This document shows, piece after piece, positions 19,401 through 29,309 of a stretch of 56,085 nucleotides of DNA. The notes below the pieces were generated by a model. It was not told where the DNA came from. It did no database searches and saw only the letters and a list, made by a program, of their open reading frames with translations. Each line of letters opens with the position of its first letter. Position 1 is the stretch's first letter. The position numbers and the translations under genes are program-made. Source of the stretch: Deinococcales bacterium (GTDB lineage: Bacteria > Deinococcota > Deinococci > Deinococcales > JAAFIG01); the NCBI GenBank assembly GCA_043778225.1, contig JAYWGM010000001.1, positions 1-56,085 on the forward strand. Reading direction: 5' to 3'.

Positions 19401-22400
19401 CTATGCCAACCACGCTTGGACACTCGAGACGGCTAACTCTGACCCGCCTACCTTCTCGAGCGCACTGACTAGCCACTCCGCAGCTTCTAAAGTCGTATAA
19501 AGCGCTGCTCCATGCTCCAAAGCACGGCGCGATAGTCTCGAGGCGGTCAGGTCAATCAGAATATCTGGTATCGCCGTGCTGTCATTACTCGAGGTGAGGT
19601 GCTGGACACTGTAACCAAGCGCGGTAAACCTTTGCTCGAGATTCGGGTTTTGCTGCCCGACAAATAAGACACTTCCCGTGAGGGGCAGTTTGACGTTCGC
19701 GCCAAGCTGAGCGCGGTAATACGCAAGGAATGGGTCTGCGTCTATGCCCATGCTTTCGCCAGTGCTTTTCATTTCAGGACCTAGAACTGGAATCACATCC
19801 TTAAATTTCAGGAATGGTAAATGAACTTCTTTGACGCTGTAATGGCTTGGTACAACACTTTGCGTAAAGCCAATTGTTTCGAGGCTTTGCCCAACAGCAA
19901 TTCGAGCAGCGTATTTTGCCAAGGGATGCCCAATCGCTTTAGACACAAATGGCACAGTGCGACTGGCTCGAGGGTTGGCTTCTAGGATATAGAGTAAATT
20001 GTCATGCACCGCGTATTGCACATTCATTAAGCCAAGTACCCCAAGCTCGAGCGCCAGACGTTTGGTGCTGACATGGACTTCCTCGAGCAGCGCTTGGCTT
20101 AAATGCACCGGCGGTAAAATACAAGCACTATCGCCGCTATGAATCCCAGCCGCTTCAATGTGTTCCATCACGCCGGCAATCACAGCAACTTTGCCATCAC
20201 ATAAACAGTCAACATCGAGTTCAAGAGCATTCTCGAGAAAGGTATCGAGCAAAATACTCGGGTTGCCCTCGACCGCCGCATAGACTTCTCGTAGGTAGGT
20301 CTCGAGTTCGGTTTGGCTCTGTACGGTTCGCATCGCCCGACCACCCAACACATAACTTGGGCGTGCCATCAGTGGAAAACCCAAGTCTTTTGCCAGTTTA
20401 AGGGCTTGTCCGGGGGTATTCGCCACTGCGCCTTTGGGCTGACGAATGCCGAGTCGGTCGCAGAGCAAATTAAACTCGAGTCTGTCTTCGGCAGTATGAA
20501 TCGCACTTGGCGATGTCCCGATTATTGGAGCGCCAGCCGCCTCGAGGACTTTGGCAAGTTTAAGCGGGGTTTGTCCACCAAGTTGCACAATCACGCCAAT
20601 CGGCTTTTCGTGTTCGACAATGTTCATCACGTCTTCAAAAGTTAAAGGCTCGAAATACAAACGGTCAGCGGTGTCGTAATCGGTACTGACGGTCTCGGGG
20701 TTGGAGTTGACCATGATGGTTTCATAGCCCAACTCGCGCAGCGCCCAGACGGCATGAACCGTCGCGTAATCAAATTCGACACCTTGTCCAATGCGGTTAG
20801 GTCCAGAACCGAGAATCATGATTTTTTGTTTGTCGGTGGCACGAACCTCATCTTCCCATTCGTAGCTCGAGTAATGGTACGGCGTGTGGGCTTCAAATTC
20901 AGCAGCACAGGTATCCACGGTTTTATAGACAGGCAGGCATTTAGCAGCTTTACGCAGCGCTCGAATCTCGAGTTCGGTTTTGCCACGCAATTCACCAATT
21001 CGCGCATCGGAAATTCCAAGGCGTTTAATTTCACGCCATGTTTCGTACTTCCAAGTCTCGAGCGAGCCAAGGGTCTGGATTTCTTTTTCGACTTCGATAA
21101 TTTCAGATAACTGAAACAAAAACCATGGGTCTATAGCTGTTTTCTTATGCAACTCGGCAACACTTACGCCGCGCCCCAGAAACTCGAGAATCGCCAGATA
21201 ACGCTTTGGATTTGCCTCGAGTAAAACCTCGAGTTGCGAGGCAGTCATGGTTTCAAAACCACCTCGAATATCGTTTTCCAAACTCCGCAGGGCTTTCATA
21301 AACGATTCTTTGAAGGTGCGCCCAATCGCCATGACCTCGCCGACCGAACGCATTTGGGTGTTTAAGCGCTCAGGTGTGCCGGGGAATTTTTCAAAAGCAA
21401 ATCTTGGAATTTTGGTGACCACATAATCGATGCTCGGCTCAAAACTGGCGGGTGTGACCTTAGTAATGTCGTTTGGCAATTCATCGAGGTAATACCCAGC
21501 CGCCAAAAGTGCTGCAATTTTGGCAATCGGAAAACCCGTGGCTTTAGAAGCCAGTGCGCTGCTCCTCGAGACTCGAGGGTTCATTTCAATCACCACCACC
21601 CGACCATCGGCGGGGTTAATCGCGTACTGAATGTTACTACCGCCCGTGTCCACCCCAATTTCGCGGATAACCGCTAAGCTGGCATCACGCAAGCGCTGAT
21701 ATTCTTTGTCAGACAAGGTTTGTTGTGGGGCAACCGTGATGCTGTCGCCGGTATGCACCCCCATCGGGTCAAAATTTTCGATACTGGTGATGATTAAAGC
21801 TGTGTCGTTGGTGTCCCGCATCACCTCGAGTTCAAATTCTTTCCAGCCCAAGACACTTTCTTCGATTAAAACCGTGCCGACCGGCGACAGGTGCAAACCA
21901 CTTGCCACGATTTCCTTAAACTCGGCTTCGTCGTAAGCAATCCCGCCACCTGTACCGCCCAAGGTAAAACTTGGGCGGATAATCGCTGGGTAGCCAACTT
22001 CTTTCACAAAGCCCAGTGCTTCCTCGAGCGTGGCAACCATCTGTCCTTTAGCGACTTCCAAACCAATTTTTTTCATGGCGATCGCAAATTTTTGGCGGTC
22101 TTCGCCTTTTTCGATCGCTTCTTTATTTGCACCAATTAACTCAACACCATATTTCTCGAGAATTCCCGCATCTGCCAGTGCCAAACTTAGGTTTAAGCCA
22201 GTCTGCCCACCAAGGGTTGGCAAAATTGCACTTGGGCGCTCTTTAATAATCACTTTCTCGAGAAAATCCAAAGTCAAAGGCTCGAGATAGGTGGCATCGG
22301 CAAGTTCTGGGTCGGTCATGATTGTGGCGGGGTTAGAATTGACCAGAATGACCCGAAATCCCGCATTTTTGAGGGCTTTGACGGCTTGTGTGCCACTGTA

Positions 22401-22481
22401 GTCAAACTCGGCAGCTTGACCGATTTGAATAGGACCTGAACCGATAATCAGAATGGTCTGTAAATCTGTGCGTTTTGGCAT
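19401..22481 (-). CDS. carB: Carbamoyl-phosphate synthase large subunit
   Basis: '[25 protein letters not shown]', two ATP-grasp domains, '[10 protein letters not shown]'. Confidence 0.97.
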   Translation of the reverse strand: MPKRTDLQTILIIGSGPIQIGQAAEFDYSGTQAVKALKNAGFRVILVNSNPATIMTDPELADATYLEPLTLDFLEKVIIKERPSAILPTLGGQTGLNLSLALADAGILEKYGVELIGANKEAIEKGEDRQKFAIAMKKIGLEVAKGQMVATLEEALGFVKEVGYPAIIRPSFTLGGTGGGIAYDEAEFKEIVASGLHLSPVGTVLIEESVLGWKEFELEVMRDTNDTALIITSIENFDPMGVHTGDSITVAPQQTLSDKEYQRLRDASLAVIREIGVDTGGSNIQYAINPADGRVVVIEMNPRVSRSSALASKATGFPIAKIAALLAAGYYLDELPNDITKVTPASFEPSIDYVVTKIPRFAFEKFPGTPERLNTQMRSVGEVMAIGRTFKESFMKALRSLENDIRGGFETMTASQLEVLLEANPKRYLAILEFLGRGVSVAELHKKTAIDPWFLFQLSEIIEVEKEIQTLGSLETWKYETWREIKRLGISDARIGELRGKTELEIRALRKAAKCLPVYKTVDTCAAEFEAHTPYHYSSYEWEDEVRATDKQKIMILGSGPNRIGQGVEFDYATVHAVWALRELGYETIMVNSNPETVSTDYDTADRLYFEPLTFEDVMNIVEHEKPIGVIVQLGGQTPLKLAKVLEAAGAPIIGTSPSAIHTAEDRLEFNLLCDRLGIRQPKGAVANTPGQALKLAKDLGFPLMARPSYVLGGRAMRTVQSQTELETYLREVYAAVEGNPSILLDTFLENALELDVDCLCDGKVAVIAGVMEHIEAAGIHSGDSACILPPVHLSQALLEEVHVSTKRLALELGVLGLMNVQYAVHDNLLYILEANPRASRTVPFVSKAIGHPLAKYAARIAVGQSLETIGFTQSVVPSHYSVKEVHLPFLKFKDVIPVLGPEMKSTGESMGIDADPFLAYYRAQLGANVKLPLTGSVLFVGQQNPNLEQRFTALGYSVQHLTSSNDSTAIPDILIDLTASRLSRRALEHGAALYTTLEAAEWLVSALEKVGGSELAVSSVQAWLA

Positions 22482-22520
22482 GGAAACCTCGAGAGGAGAA
22501 TTGTGGCTTGCTTGAGTGGC

Positions 22521-22545
22521 AGGGCGAGGCAAGCCCCGCCCCTAC
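22521..22545. repeat. REP-like palindrome (GTAG family)
   Basis: Reverse complement reads GTAGGGGCGGGGCTTGCCTCGCCCT; copy at 4826. Confidence 0.72.
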
Positions 22546-22621
22546 GGATTTTTGTTTTTGATTTGTGGTCTTGTGCCAGCCCTGTGACTCATCATTTTTT
22601 TCTTGCTGCTGCAAACCTTAA

Positions 22622-22660
22622 ACTGCATAAAGAATACATTTTTCTGCATAAAAATACGAG
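22622..22660. promoter_or_regulatory. Putative tandem ARG boxes upstream of carB
   Basis: TGCATAAAGAATACA and TGCATAAAAATACG, with starts 21 bp apart as in tandem ArgR operators. Confidence 0.55.
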
Positions 22661-22725
22661 ACTTTATTCAAGTCTCGAGGAATCTCGAGCCATGATTGTA
22701 TCACAATTATCTGCTTAGACAAGGG

Positions 22726-23634
22726 TTATGGATTGAGTTCATAGATTTCTGGTTTGAACTCGAGTTCTTGAATGTACTGTGTATATTCTTCTGGCTCAAG
22801 CGGGCGGTTTTTACCACTCAGCGCCACAAAAAAGGCTTCCATAACGTTATTGCCAAAATTGCGATTATTCAGTTTTGGGGTGGTCGCAATCAGGCGCTTG
22901 AGTCCAGCCGCCTTAAAGGCTGAGACATCGCTTTGGGTAATTGTTTGGGTCAAAAAAGTTTTGCCCGTTAAATTTTCGGGGGCATAGCGCTTTACATAGT
23001 GGGTGTCGCCGGCAATCACTTCTGCCCAGTCATAATACTTGGTGCGCCAGTCACGAATTGCAGATTCTTGTTTTGCACCAGTCGGATAAAACCATTCAAA
23101 CGGCAGATTGGTAACAATTGGCAGGACAATACTGGCGGTGCGCTCGAGGGCAGCCTCGGATTTTATCGGGAAATCTATGCCAATGCCATAAATAATATCG
23201 CCGTAGACCATATCCGCCCCGGCTCGAGCCAGCGCTTGTGCCATCCCGAAGCGGTCTACTGCCGATACCATCAGGGTCTTGCGTCCCTGCCAGCCAACAA
23301 TCGGCTCGAGTAACCCAACTGCCATTCGCTCTAAGGTGTGCTTTAAGCCACCGCCATCCACAATTGGCGTGATTTTGGCGTTGCTGGCAATTTTTAGGAT
23401 GTCCTTAAATTGATAGGTGCGACTCCCTGCCACAATGTTTAAGTCTGTGCCGCCCAAGCCAAAAGCGGCGACTTGTCCATCGAGGTCGCGCAGCAATTTG
23501 GCTGCACCTTCCATGCTGCCATCTGTACCGATGCGCTCGAGCATAAATTGCTGCCCCAAAACCTCGAGTTCGGCAGTGGCATTGCGACTGCTCGAGCCAA
23601 GGGAAACACTGACGATTCGTTTAGGGCTGGTCAT
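22726..23634 (-). CDS. Conserved protein of the family often annotated 'quinate 5-dehydrogenase'
   Basis: 'VSVSLGSSSR', 'RIGTDG', 'VDGGGLK', 'DRFGMA', 'FGNNVMEA'. Function unverified. Confidence 0.7.
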   Translation of the reverse strand: MTSPKRIVSVSLGSSSRNATAELEVLGQQFMLERIGTDGSMEGAAKLLRDLDGQVAAFGLGGTDLNIVAGSRTYQFKDILKIASNAKITPIVDGGGLKHTLERMAVGLLEPIVGWQGRKTLMVSAVDRFGMAQALARAGADMVYGDIIYGIGIDFPIKSEAALERTASIVLPIVTNLPFEWFYPTGAKQESAIRDWRTKYYDWAEVIAGDTHYVKRYAPENLTGKTFLTQTITQSDVSAFKAAGLKRLIATTPKLNNRNFGNNVMEAFFVALSGKNRPLEPEEYTQYIQELEFKPEIYELNP

Positions 23635-23715
23635 TGCAAGATTGTACTGCTTTGGAAACTAAAAAACGAACACGGGGATGAATCGTGTTCGCTCATAAGG
23701 AGGAGGCAGTTTTTG

Positions 23716-24003
23716 TTAGGCAGCCTTGGCAAAACCAAGTTTCTCGAGGAAGCTGACTTTGGCTTTTATGGTTGGCGTGGGGCGTGGTTCAATCACTCGA
23801 GCGCCAATCGGGGTTAAGCCTTGGGCTTTGATGTACTCGAGCGCAGCACTCGCATATTTGGTATGTTCGAGGCGAATGTGCAGTGTGGCATCGCCAATTC
23901 GGGCATCTGACCAGATTTGGGTTTCTAGGGCGTTCGGGATTTCCAGCTTACTTTTTGGTGTGCCGATAATCTCGAGAATCAGGTCGTTGGGTTGTAACGT
24001 CAT
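23716..24003 (-). CDS. Hypothetical protein divergent from LysR
   Basis: 95-aa ORF with GAGGTG RBS and a downstream hairpin. Confidence 0.6.
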   Translation of the reverse strand: MTLQPNDLILEIIGTPKSKLEIPNALETQIWSDARIGDATLHIRLEHTKYASAALEYIKAQGLTPIGARVIEPRPTPTIKAKVSFLEKLGFAKAA

Positions 24004-24184
24004 GCTGGTTCACCTCACTTGGGTTAAAGAAAGTATTGCTTATTTATTGTCGGATACCCGCTTGTATCTCGAGGTCTAGTGTAGTGCGACTTCGTAAAAT
24101 CAACAAACGACCTTCTGCAACCATTTGCTGTTATGTATGCAGGACTTCGATAGATAGCTGACAAATCCTGTATACCTAAGCAGT

Positions 24185-25069
24185 ATGCAGTCCAAATCTC
24201 GAGTCACCCTGACCCAACTCAAAGCCTTGGTCGCCATTGCCAAGCACGGCAGTTATTCCGAAGCGGCACTCGAGACGATGCAAAGCCAAAGCACCCTCAG
24301 CCATGCGATTGCTGAACTCGAGCGCGGTTTAGATACCAAACTCTTTGAACGCGGGCGGCGTGGCGCGAGCCTGACCGAACTCGGGGAGCGTTTACTCGAA
24401 CACGCCAAACACGCCACCGACAGCGTAGAAGCCTTAGAACAAGAAGCCAGACTCGAGCAAGCAGGTTTGACCGGCACAATTAAAATCATGTCTATTCGCA
24501 GTGCTGCGACCTTTATTTTACCACCGATTATTTCGGGCTTTATGGAGCGTTTTCCTAATGTCACTTTTGAATTTTTAGAAGAAGGTGACGACGATAACTC
24601 GATCGAAGATGCGGTGCATTCAGGACGGGCTGACCTTGGCATCCTCGAAACCCCAATGGCAACCAGTGGATTACTAGAATTTGAACTGGCACGAGACGAA
24701 TACTTGTTGCTCGAGCCAAGCAAACGTCGGGCGGCACGAACTTGGCAAGATATTCAAAAGCAACCGTTTATCATGTGCGTTGGCGGCTGTACCGCAATCA
24801 TGCGCCAACACCTTGAAAAAAATAATTTTTTACTCGAGCCAGCCTTTAGAATCCGTGAAGATAGCGTCATCCTCGGTATGGTTGCCCAAGGTCTTGGCAT
24901 CAGCATCTTGCCACGTTTAGCCGTTGAGCCTTTACCATCTGGCATTCGGGCTTCGCCTTTGCCCACGCCACTCGAGCGGGTGGTGAGCGTGGTGGTGACC
25001 CGCCGAAAACTGCGTCAGCCAGCTTTGCGTGAATTTGTCAATGCGATTAAGACCGCGATTAGCATTTGA
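24185..25069 (+). CDS. LysR-family transcriptional regulator
   Basis: 'QLKALVAIAKHGSYSEAA...QSTLSHAIAELE...LFER'; 294 aa. Confidence 0.93.
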   Translation: MQSKSRVTLTQLKALVAIAKHGSYSEAALETMQSQSTLSHAIAELERGLDTKLFERGRRGASLTELGERLLEHAKHATDSVEALEQEARLEQAGLTGTIKIMSIRSAATFILPPIISGFMERFPNVTFEFLEEGDDDNSIEDAVHSGRADLGILETPMATSGLLEFELARDEYLLLEPSKRRAARTWQDIQKQPFIMCVGGCTAIMRQHLEKNNFLLEPAFRIREDSVILGMVAQGLGISILPRLAVEPLPSGIRASPLPTPLERVVSVVVTRRKLRQPALREFVNAIKTAISI

Positions 25070-25072
25070 GCT

Positions 25073-26023
25073 TTACCACCATTTGCGCCACTTAAAATAA
25101 ATCGCTAAACTCAAGCCAGCCAGAATAAACATCAGCCATGCAAAAACATAGCCCCACGGTTGCTCGAGTTCGGGCATAAACTTAAAGTTCATCCCCCAGA
25201 CACCGGCTAAAAAAGTTAATGGCAAAAAGATGCTGCTGATGGTTGTCAGGGTTTTCATGACTTCGTTCATGCGGTTACTTTGGACACTTAAATGGACATC
25301 AAGTAAGCTGGAGAGAATATCGCGGCTGGTGTCCAGACCATCGTAAATTCGGGTGAGATGATCGCCAATATCGCGTAAATACATGGCAGCGTTGGGTTCA
25401 AGTGCGGTCACGTGCCTCGAGAACTGTGCCACCGCCTCTCGAGCGCCACTGACCAGCCGACGAGCATGAATCATGATGTGTTTAAGTTCAAAGACCTCAG
25501 AAAAAAACGGATTGGTCGCCACTTGTTGCGGCGCAAAAACCCGCTCCTCGAGTTCGTCGGTTCTGGTTTCGAGTTCGTCTAAGAAGGTAAAAAAAGTATC
25601 TGTGCCACGGTCTAAAAGCGCATACAGCACATCCACGGGACGGATGTTGCTGCGCGTTTCAAATTCGTTCCAAACACCCTCCAAATAGGTGACTGGCTCA
25701 AGGCGAATCGTCAGCAGTGTCTCGAGTTCGGGAAACCAAAAAATGCTGATGCGTTCGGTGCGGTCAGTCACATCCTCGGGTTCGGCAAGGGTGCGAAAAA
25801 TCAGAAATAAATGCTCGGTGTAAGATTCAAATTTGCTCCAATGTCCTTTCTCGAGCGCATCCTCGAGTGCCAAAGGATGAAGCGCAAACATCGATTTGAG
25901 TTTTGTCACGTCGTCAGGGGTTGGCGATTCGGCATCAATCCAAACCCGCTCGGTACGCCCTAACTCGAGCGATTTACACTGCTCGAGACACTTGACCCGA
26001 ATGCCGCGATTTTCGGCTAACAC
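25073..26023 (-). CDS. corA: CorA Mg2+/Co2+ transporter
   Basis: 'HPLALEDA', 'MNEVMKTLT', 'GVWGMNF..MPEL'. Start uncertain. Confidence 0.92.
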   Translation of the reverse strand: MLAENRGIRVKCLEQCKSLELGRTERVWIDAESPTPDDVTKLKSMFALHPLALEDALEKGHWSKFESYTEHLFLIFRTLAEPEDVTDRTERISIFWFPELETLLTIRLEPVTYLEGVWNEFETRSNIRPVDVLYALLDRGTDTFFTFLDELETRTDELEERVFAPQQVATNPFFSEVFELKHIMIHARRLVSGAREAVAQFSRHVTALEPNAAMYLRDIGDHLTRIYDGLDTSRDILSSLLDVHLSVQSNRMNEVMKTLTTISSIFLPLTFLAGVWGMNFKFMPELEQPWGYVFAWLMFILAGLSLAIYFKWRKWW

Positions 26024-26090
26024 AGGATGTTTAGATTGAAACCTAGAAGTATTTTGCACAATACAAGTTAAAGATAGCACCTAACGAGTC

Positions 26091-26331
26091 TCTTGACCAT
26101 AGACACGCACCTTCTTGACCACATACGCGCACCTTCTTACCCCTAAAGCAGCACCTGTCTTGACCCTAAAGATGCACCTTACGGGCTGGGTCGCTGTCTT
26201 GACCCTAAAGATGCACCTTACGGGCTGGGTCGCTGTCTTGACCCTAAAGGGCTGGGTCGCTGTCTTGACCCTAAAGATGCACCTTACGGGCTGGGTCGCT
26301 GACAGGCGTGGTCGCTATCGGGCATGGTTCG
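26091..26331 (+). repeat. Nested/tandem cluster of a ~36-bp hairpin element
   Basis: Three left halves (26091, 26113, 26135), full units at 26158, 26197 and 26263, a 12-bp-deleted unit at 26236, then two right halves (26302, 26318). Confidence 0.85.
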
Positions 26332-26344
26332 CTTCCTCACAATG

Positions 26345-26382
26345 ACCTTTTAACCTTTTAACCTTTTAACCTTTTAACCTTT
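26345..26382. repeat. (ACCTTTTA)n octamer tract
   Basis: More than 4 perfect copies; reverse-strand tract at 31469-31492. Confidence 0.9.
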
Positions 26383-26504
26383 GATCTTGACACAAAACTG
26401 ACAACCTCTATATGCAGCTAAGCCATTAGTGCTATTGTCTCGCAACGCAAATGAAAACTCGAGCATCAAGCTCGAGCCAATTTGTAGCTCTTGGAGGAGA
26501 ATTT

Positions 26505-28226
26505 ATGAAGAAAAAAGCGATGTACACAACGTTAGCCGTTGGCTTTGGCACAATGCTGGCATTTGCCGCCGTGCCGAACAACACTTTGGTTTCGATGGTG
26601 ATTGGCGACATCACCACCCTCGACCCAAGCCAAGCCTACGATACCGCATCTGGCGAGGGTATCGAAAATATGTACGAAACCTTGTTGGGTTATGAAGGTC
26701 GGGATTTGACCAACCTCAAACCAAGCCTAGCCACCGCTTGGAGATTTTCTCCCGATGGTAAAACCCTGACCTTTACGCTGCGTAAGAATGTCAAGTTCCA
26801 CAGTGGCGCGACCATGAATTGCGATGATGTTGAGTACAGCTTTGAACGCCACTTGATTACCCACGATTCAGAAGCCTACCCCTACATTTCCGATACGCTG
26901 CTTGGCTTCCCGTACTGGGATGATGCCGCCAAAGCTAAGACCACTTTTGCAATGGTCAATAAAGCTGCCGAGTGTAACGCGGCTGGTCAATTGGTTTTGA
27001 CCTTGCCTAAAAAAGACCCAACCGCACTGGCAAAACTTTCTTACCTCGCCATGAGCGTGGTCGAGAAGAAGTACACCGTTGGCTTAGGCGAATGGAGCGG
27101 TGCAGAAGCCGATTGGAAAAACTGGATTTCTAAAGATATGTCCAACTCGGCACTCAGCCAAAAACCAAACGGTACTGGCGCATATCGCTTTGTCAGCCGC
27201 AATGCCACCCAACAGGTTTTCAAGCACTTCCCAGAATACTGGGATGGCGCAGCTAAAATCGAAAACGTAATTATCCAAAAAGTAGACGAACTGGCTACCC
27301 GTACCTTGGCACTAAACAAAGGCGATACCGACATTATGTCAGTCATTACTCGAGCCAACCTCAGCCAAGTGGCTGGTCAGCCGGGCGTAAAGGTGCTTGA
27401 CGATTTGCCTTCAAGTGCTTCAGAAGTATATTTCATGAACCAAAGCATTAAAGAACCAAAAGAACTTGGTAGTGGAAAATTAGATGGTAAAGGAATTCCA
27501 GCCAATTTCTTCTCGGATATTAATGTCCGTAAAGCCTTTGCTTTTGCTTTTGATCCAACCATTGTGATTAGTAAAATCTTCCTTGGAAAAGGCGAAATCC
27601 GCACCATGGCAATGCCAAGCACCTACCTCGGTTATGACAAGTCTGTACCTGTGTACAGCTACAATGCCGAAAAAGCAATTACTGCTTTCAAACGTGCTTT
27701 TGCTGGGCAAGTCTGGAGCAACGGCTTTGAAGTTAATATTTACTTCAACACAGGTAATATTCGTCGTCAGACCATCGCCGAGATTTTCAAAAGCAACGTT
27801 GAAAAACTTAATCCAAAATTCAAAGTCAAAGTTGTTGGAATTGCTTTCTCCGAACTTTTGGGCAAGGCTGACGAAGGTAAACTCTCGAGCTTGGTTGGTA
27901 GTTGGGCAGCCGATTATCCAGACTCGGATAACTTTTTACGGGCTTTCTATCACTCCGAAGGCGGTGCGTTCAAAGGTCGCTTGAGTTACGTTGACCCTGC
28001 TATGGACAAGTTAATTGACCAAGCCAAAGGTACGGATACCGTTGCGGCTCGAGTCACCCTTTACAAAGCCATTGGTCGCCGTGCTTATGAGCAAGTTCCA
28101 GCCGTTTTAATGCCAGCCGCCGTTGGTTTCTTGACCTACCGCGATAACCTCAAAGGTCTCGAGGCAAACTGGTCACCGCTTGCCAGTGGTTCGTTTGGTA
28201 CACTCTGGAAGAATCTTTCTAAGTAG
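26505..28226 (+). CDS. Peptide/nickel ABC transporter substrate-binding protein (family 5)
   Basis: GGAGG RBS, signal peptide, 'TLDP..YD', 'FTLRKNVKFHSG', 'GTGAY', 'WAADYPD'. Confidence 0.93.
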   Translation: MKKKAMYTTLAVGFGTMLAFAAVPNNTLVSMVIGDITTLDPSQAYDTASGEGIENMYETLLGYEGRDLTNLKPSLATAWRFSPDGKTLTFTLRKNVKFHSGATMNCDDVEYSFERHLITHDSEAYPYISDTLLGFPYWDDAAKAKTTFAMVNKAAECNAAGQLVLTLPKKDPTALAKLSYLAMSVVEKKYTVGLGEWSGAEADWKNWISKDMSNSALSQKPNGTGAYRFVSRNATQQVFKHFPEYWDGAAKIENVIIQKVDELATRTLALNKGDTDIMSVITRANLSQVAGQPGVKVLDDLPSSASEVYFMNQSIKEPKELGSGKLDGKGIPANFFSDINVRKAFAFAFDPTIVISKIFLGKGEIRTMAMPSTYLGYDKSVPVYSYNAEKAITAFKRAFAGQVWSNGFEVNIYFNTGNIRRQTIAEIFKSNVEKLNPKFKVKVVGIAFSELLGKADEGKLSSLVGSWAADYPDSDNFLRAFYHSEGGAFKGRLSYVDPAMDKLIDQAKGTDTVAARVTLYKAIGRRAYEQVPAVLMPAAVGFLTYRDNLKGLEANWSPLASGSFGTLWKNLSK

Positions 28227-28238
28227 TCTAATTTAACC

Positions 28239-28266
28239 AGAGGGGCGAGGCGTACCTCGCCCCTCT
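28239..28266. repeat. REP-like intercistronic hairpin
   Basis: AGAGGGGCGAGG-CGTA-CCTCGCCCCTCT, related to the 4826 and 22521 copies. Confidence 0.65.
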
Positions 28267-28289
28267 TTATTCAAAATCGAGAATAAATT

Positions 28290-29309
28290 ATGCTGATTTA
28301 TATTATCCGTCGCCTTGCCAGTTTGCCGTTGGTGATGATTGCGCTAACCCTTTTAATCGTGGGGTTATTGCAGTTTTTATCGCCTCGAGAACGGGCGGTC
28401 AGTTTTATTAGAAACGAAAATCAAATGCGGAACATAGACTTAATTATTAAAGAAAATGGTTTGGATCAGCCCTTCTATGTACAGTATTGGAATTGGCTGG
28501 GCAATGCTTTTCAAGGCAATTTTGGTTTTTCCAAAGCCAGCAGTTTACCAGTTTTAGACACCATTATTCAACGTTTTCCTGCCACCTTTGAGTTGGCTAT
28601 TTTTGCCAGCTTAATTATTATCCCTTTGGCAATCTGGCTGGGTACGCTCAGCGCCTTAGGCAAAGATAAATTTTTAGACCAAACCCTGCGCGTTCTCAGT
28701 ATAATCGGCTATAGTTTGCCGGTATTTGTGGTTGGAATTTTGTTGTTGGTGGTCTTTTATGGCGCACTGGGCATCTTACCGGGCTTTGGGCGTACCGATA
28801 CAGTGCTGGCAATCACCGACCCTGTGCCAGTCGTAACGGGCATGATTACCATCGATTCGATTCTGGCTGGAAAATGGAACGTGCTGGTCAATGCCTTGCA
28901 GCACATGATTCTGCCAGTGATTACGCTTGCCACGATTCAAGTCGCCAGTACCTTAAAGGTCATGCGAAACCAATTGCTCGATGTCCTCAAAGCCGATTAT
29001 GTCCGCACGGCTCGAGCCAAAGGATTAAGCAATAACATCGTCAACATCAAGCACGCTCGGCGCAATGCGATTTTACCGATTGTGACTTTGGCGGGTTTTA
29101 CGATTCAAGGCTTACTGTCTGGGGCAGTCATTACCGAAACAATTTTTTCCTACCCCGGCATTGGTTCATGGGGTGCAACGGCGGCAGTGCAACTCGATTA
29201 CGCTGGTGTGATGGGCTTTGCCTTGTTTATTGGTGTAATTGTGGTCATGAGTAACCTCGTGATTGATTTGCTGTATGGCTTTTTTGACCCTCGAGTGAGG
29301 TTTGACTAA
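28290..29309 (+). CDS. Peptide ABC permease (OppB/DppB-like)
   Basis: 'GLDQPFYVQY', 'RFPATFEL', 'DYVRTARAKGL', 'ETIFSYPGIG'. Confidence 0.93.
   Translation: MLIYIIRRLASLPLVMIALTLLIVGLLQFLSPRERAVSFIRNENQMRNIDLIIKENGLDQPFYVQYWNWLGNAFQGNFGFSKASSLPVLDTIIQRFPATFELAIFASLIIIPLAIWLGTLSALGKDKFLDQTLRVLSIIGYSLPVFVVGILLLVVFYGALGILPGFGRTDTVLAITDPVPVVTGMITIDSILAGKWNVLVNALQHMILPVITLATIQVASTLKVMRNQLLDVLKADYVRTARAKGLSNNIVNIKHARRNAILPIVTLAGFTIQGLLSGAVITETIFSYPGIGSWGATAAVQLDYAGVMGFALFIGVIVVMSNLVIDLLYGFFDPRVRFD

Noticed and set aside
19401..19700. Short CarB C-terminal MGS domain as a pseudogene sign
   Set aside because: The frame is intact, and ~1025-aa CarB is, as I recall, normal in Deinococcus-Thermus.
26091..26331. 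CRISPR or TIGR-like guide array
   Set aside because: Full units are identical with no unique spacers, and there is no cas or tas gene nearby. The nested-halves model explains the variation.
26115..26345. 76-aa repetitive ORF (VLTLKMHLTGWVA repeats)
   Set aside because: By-product of the 39-bp period being a multiple of three; no RBS or other coding evidence.
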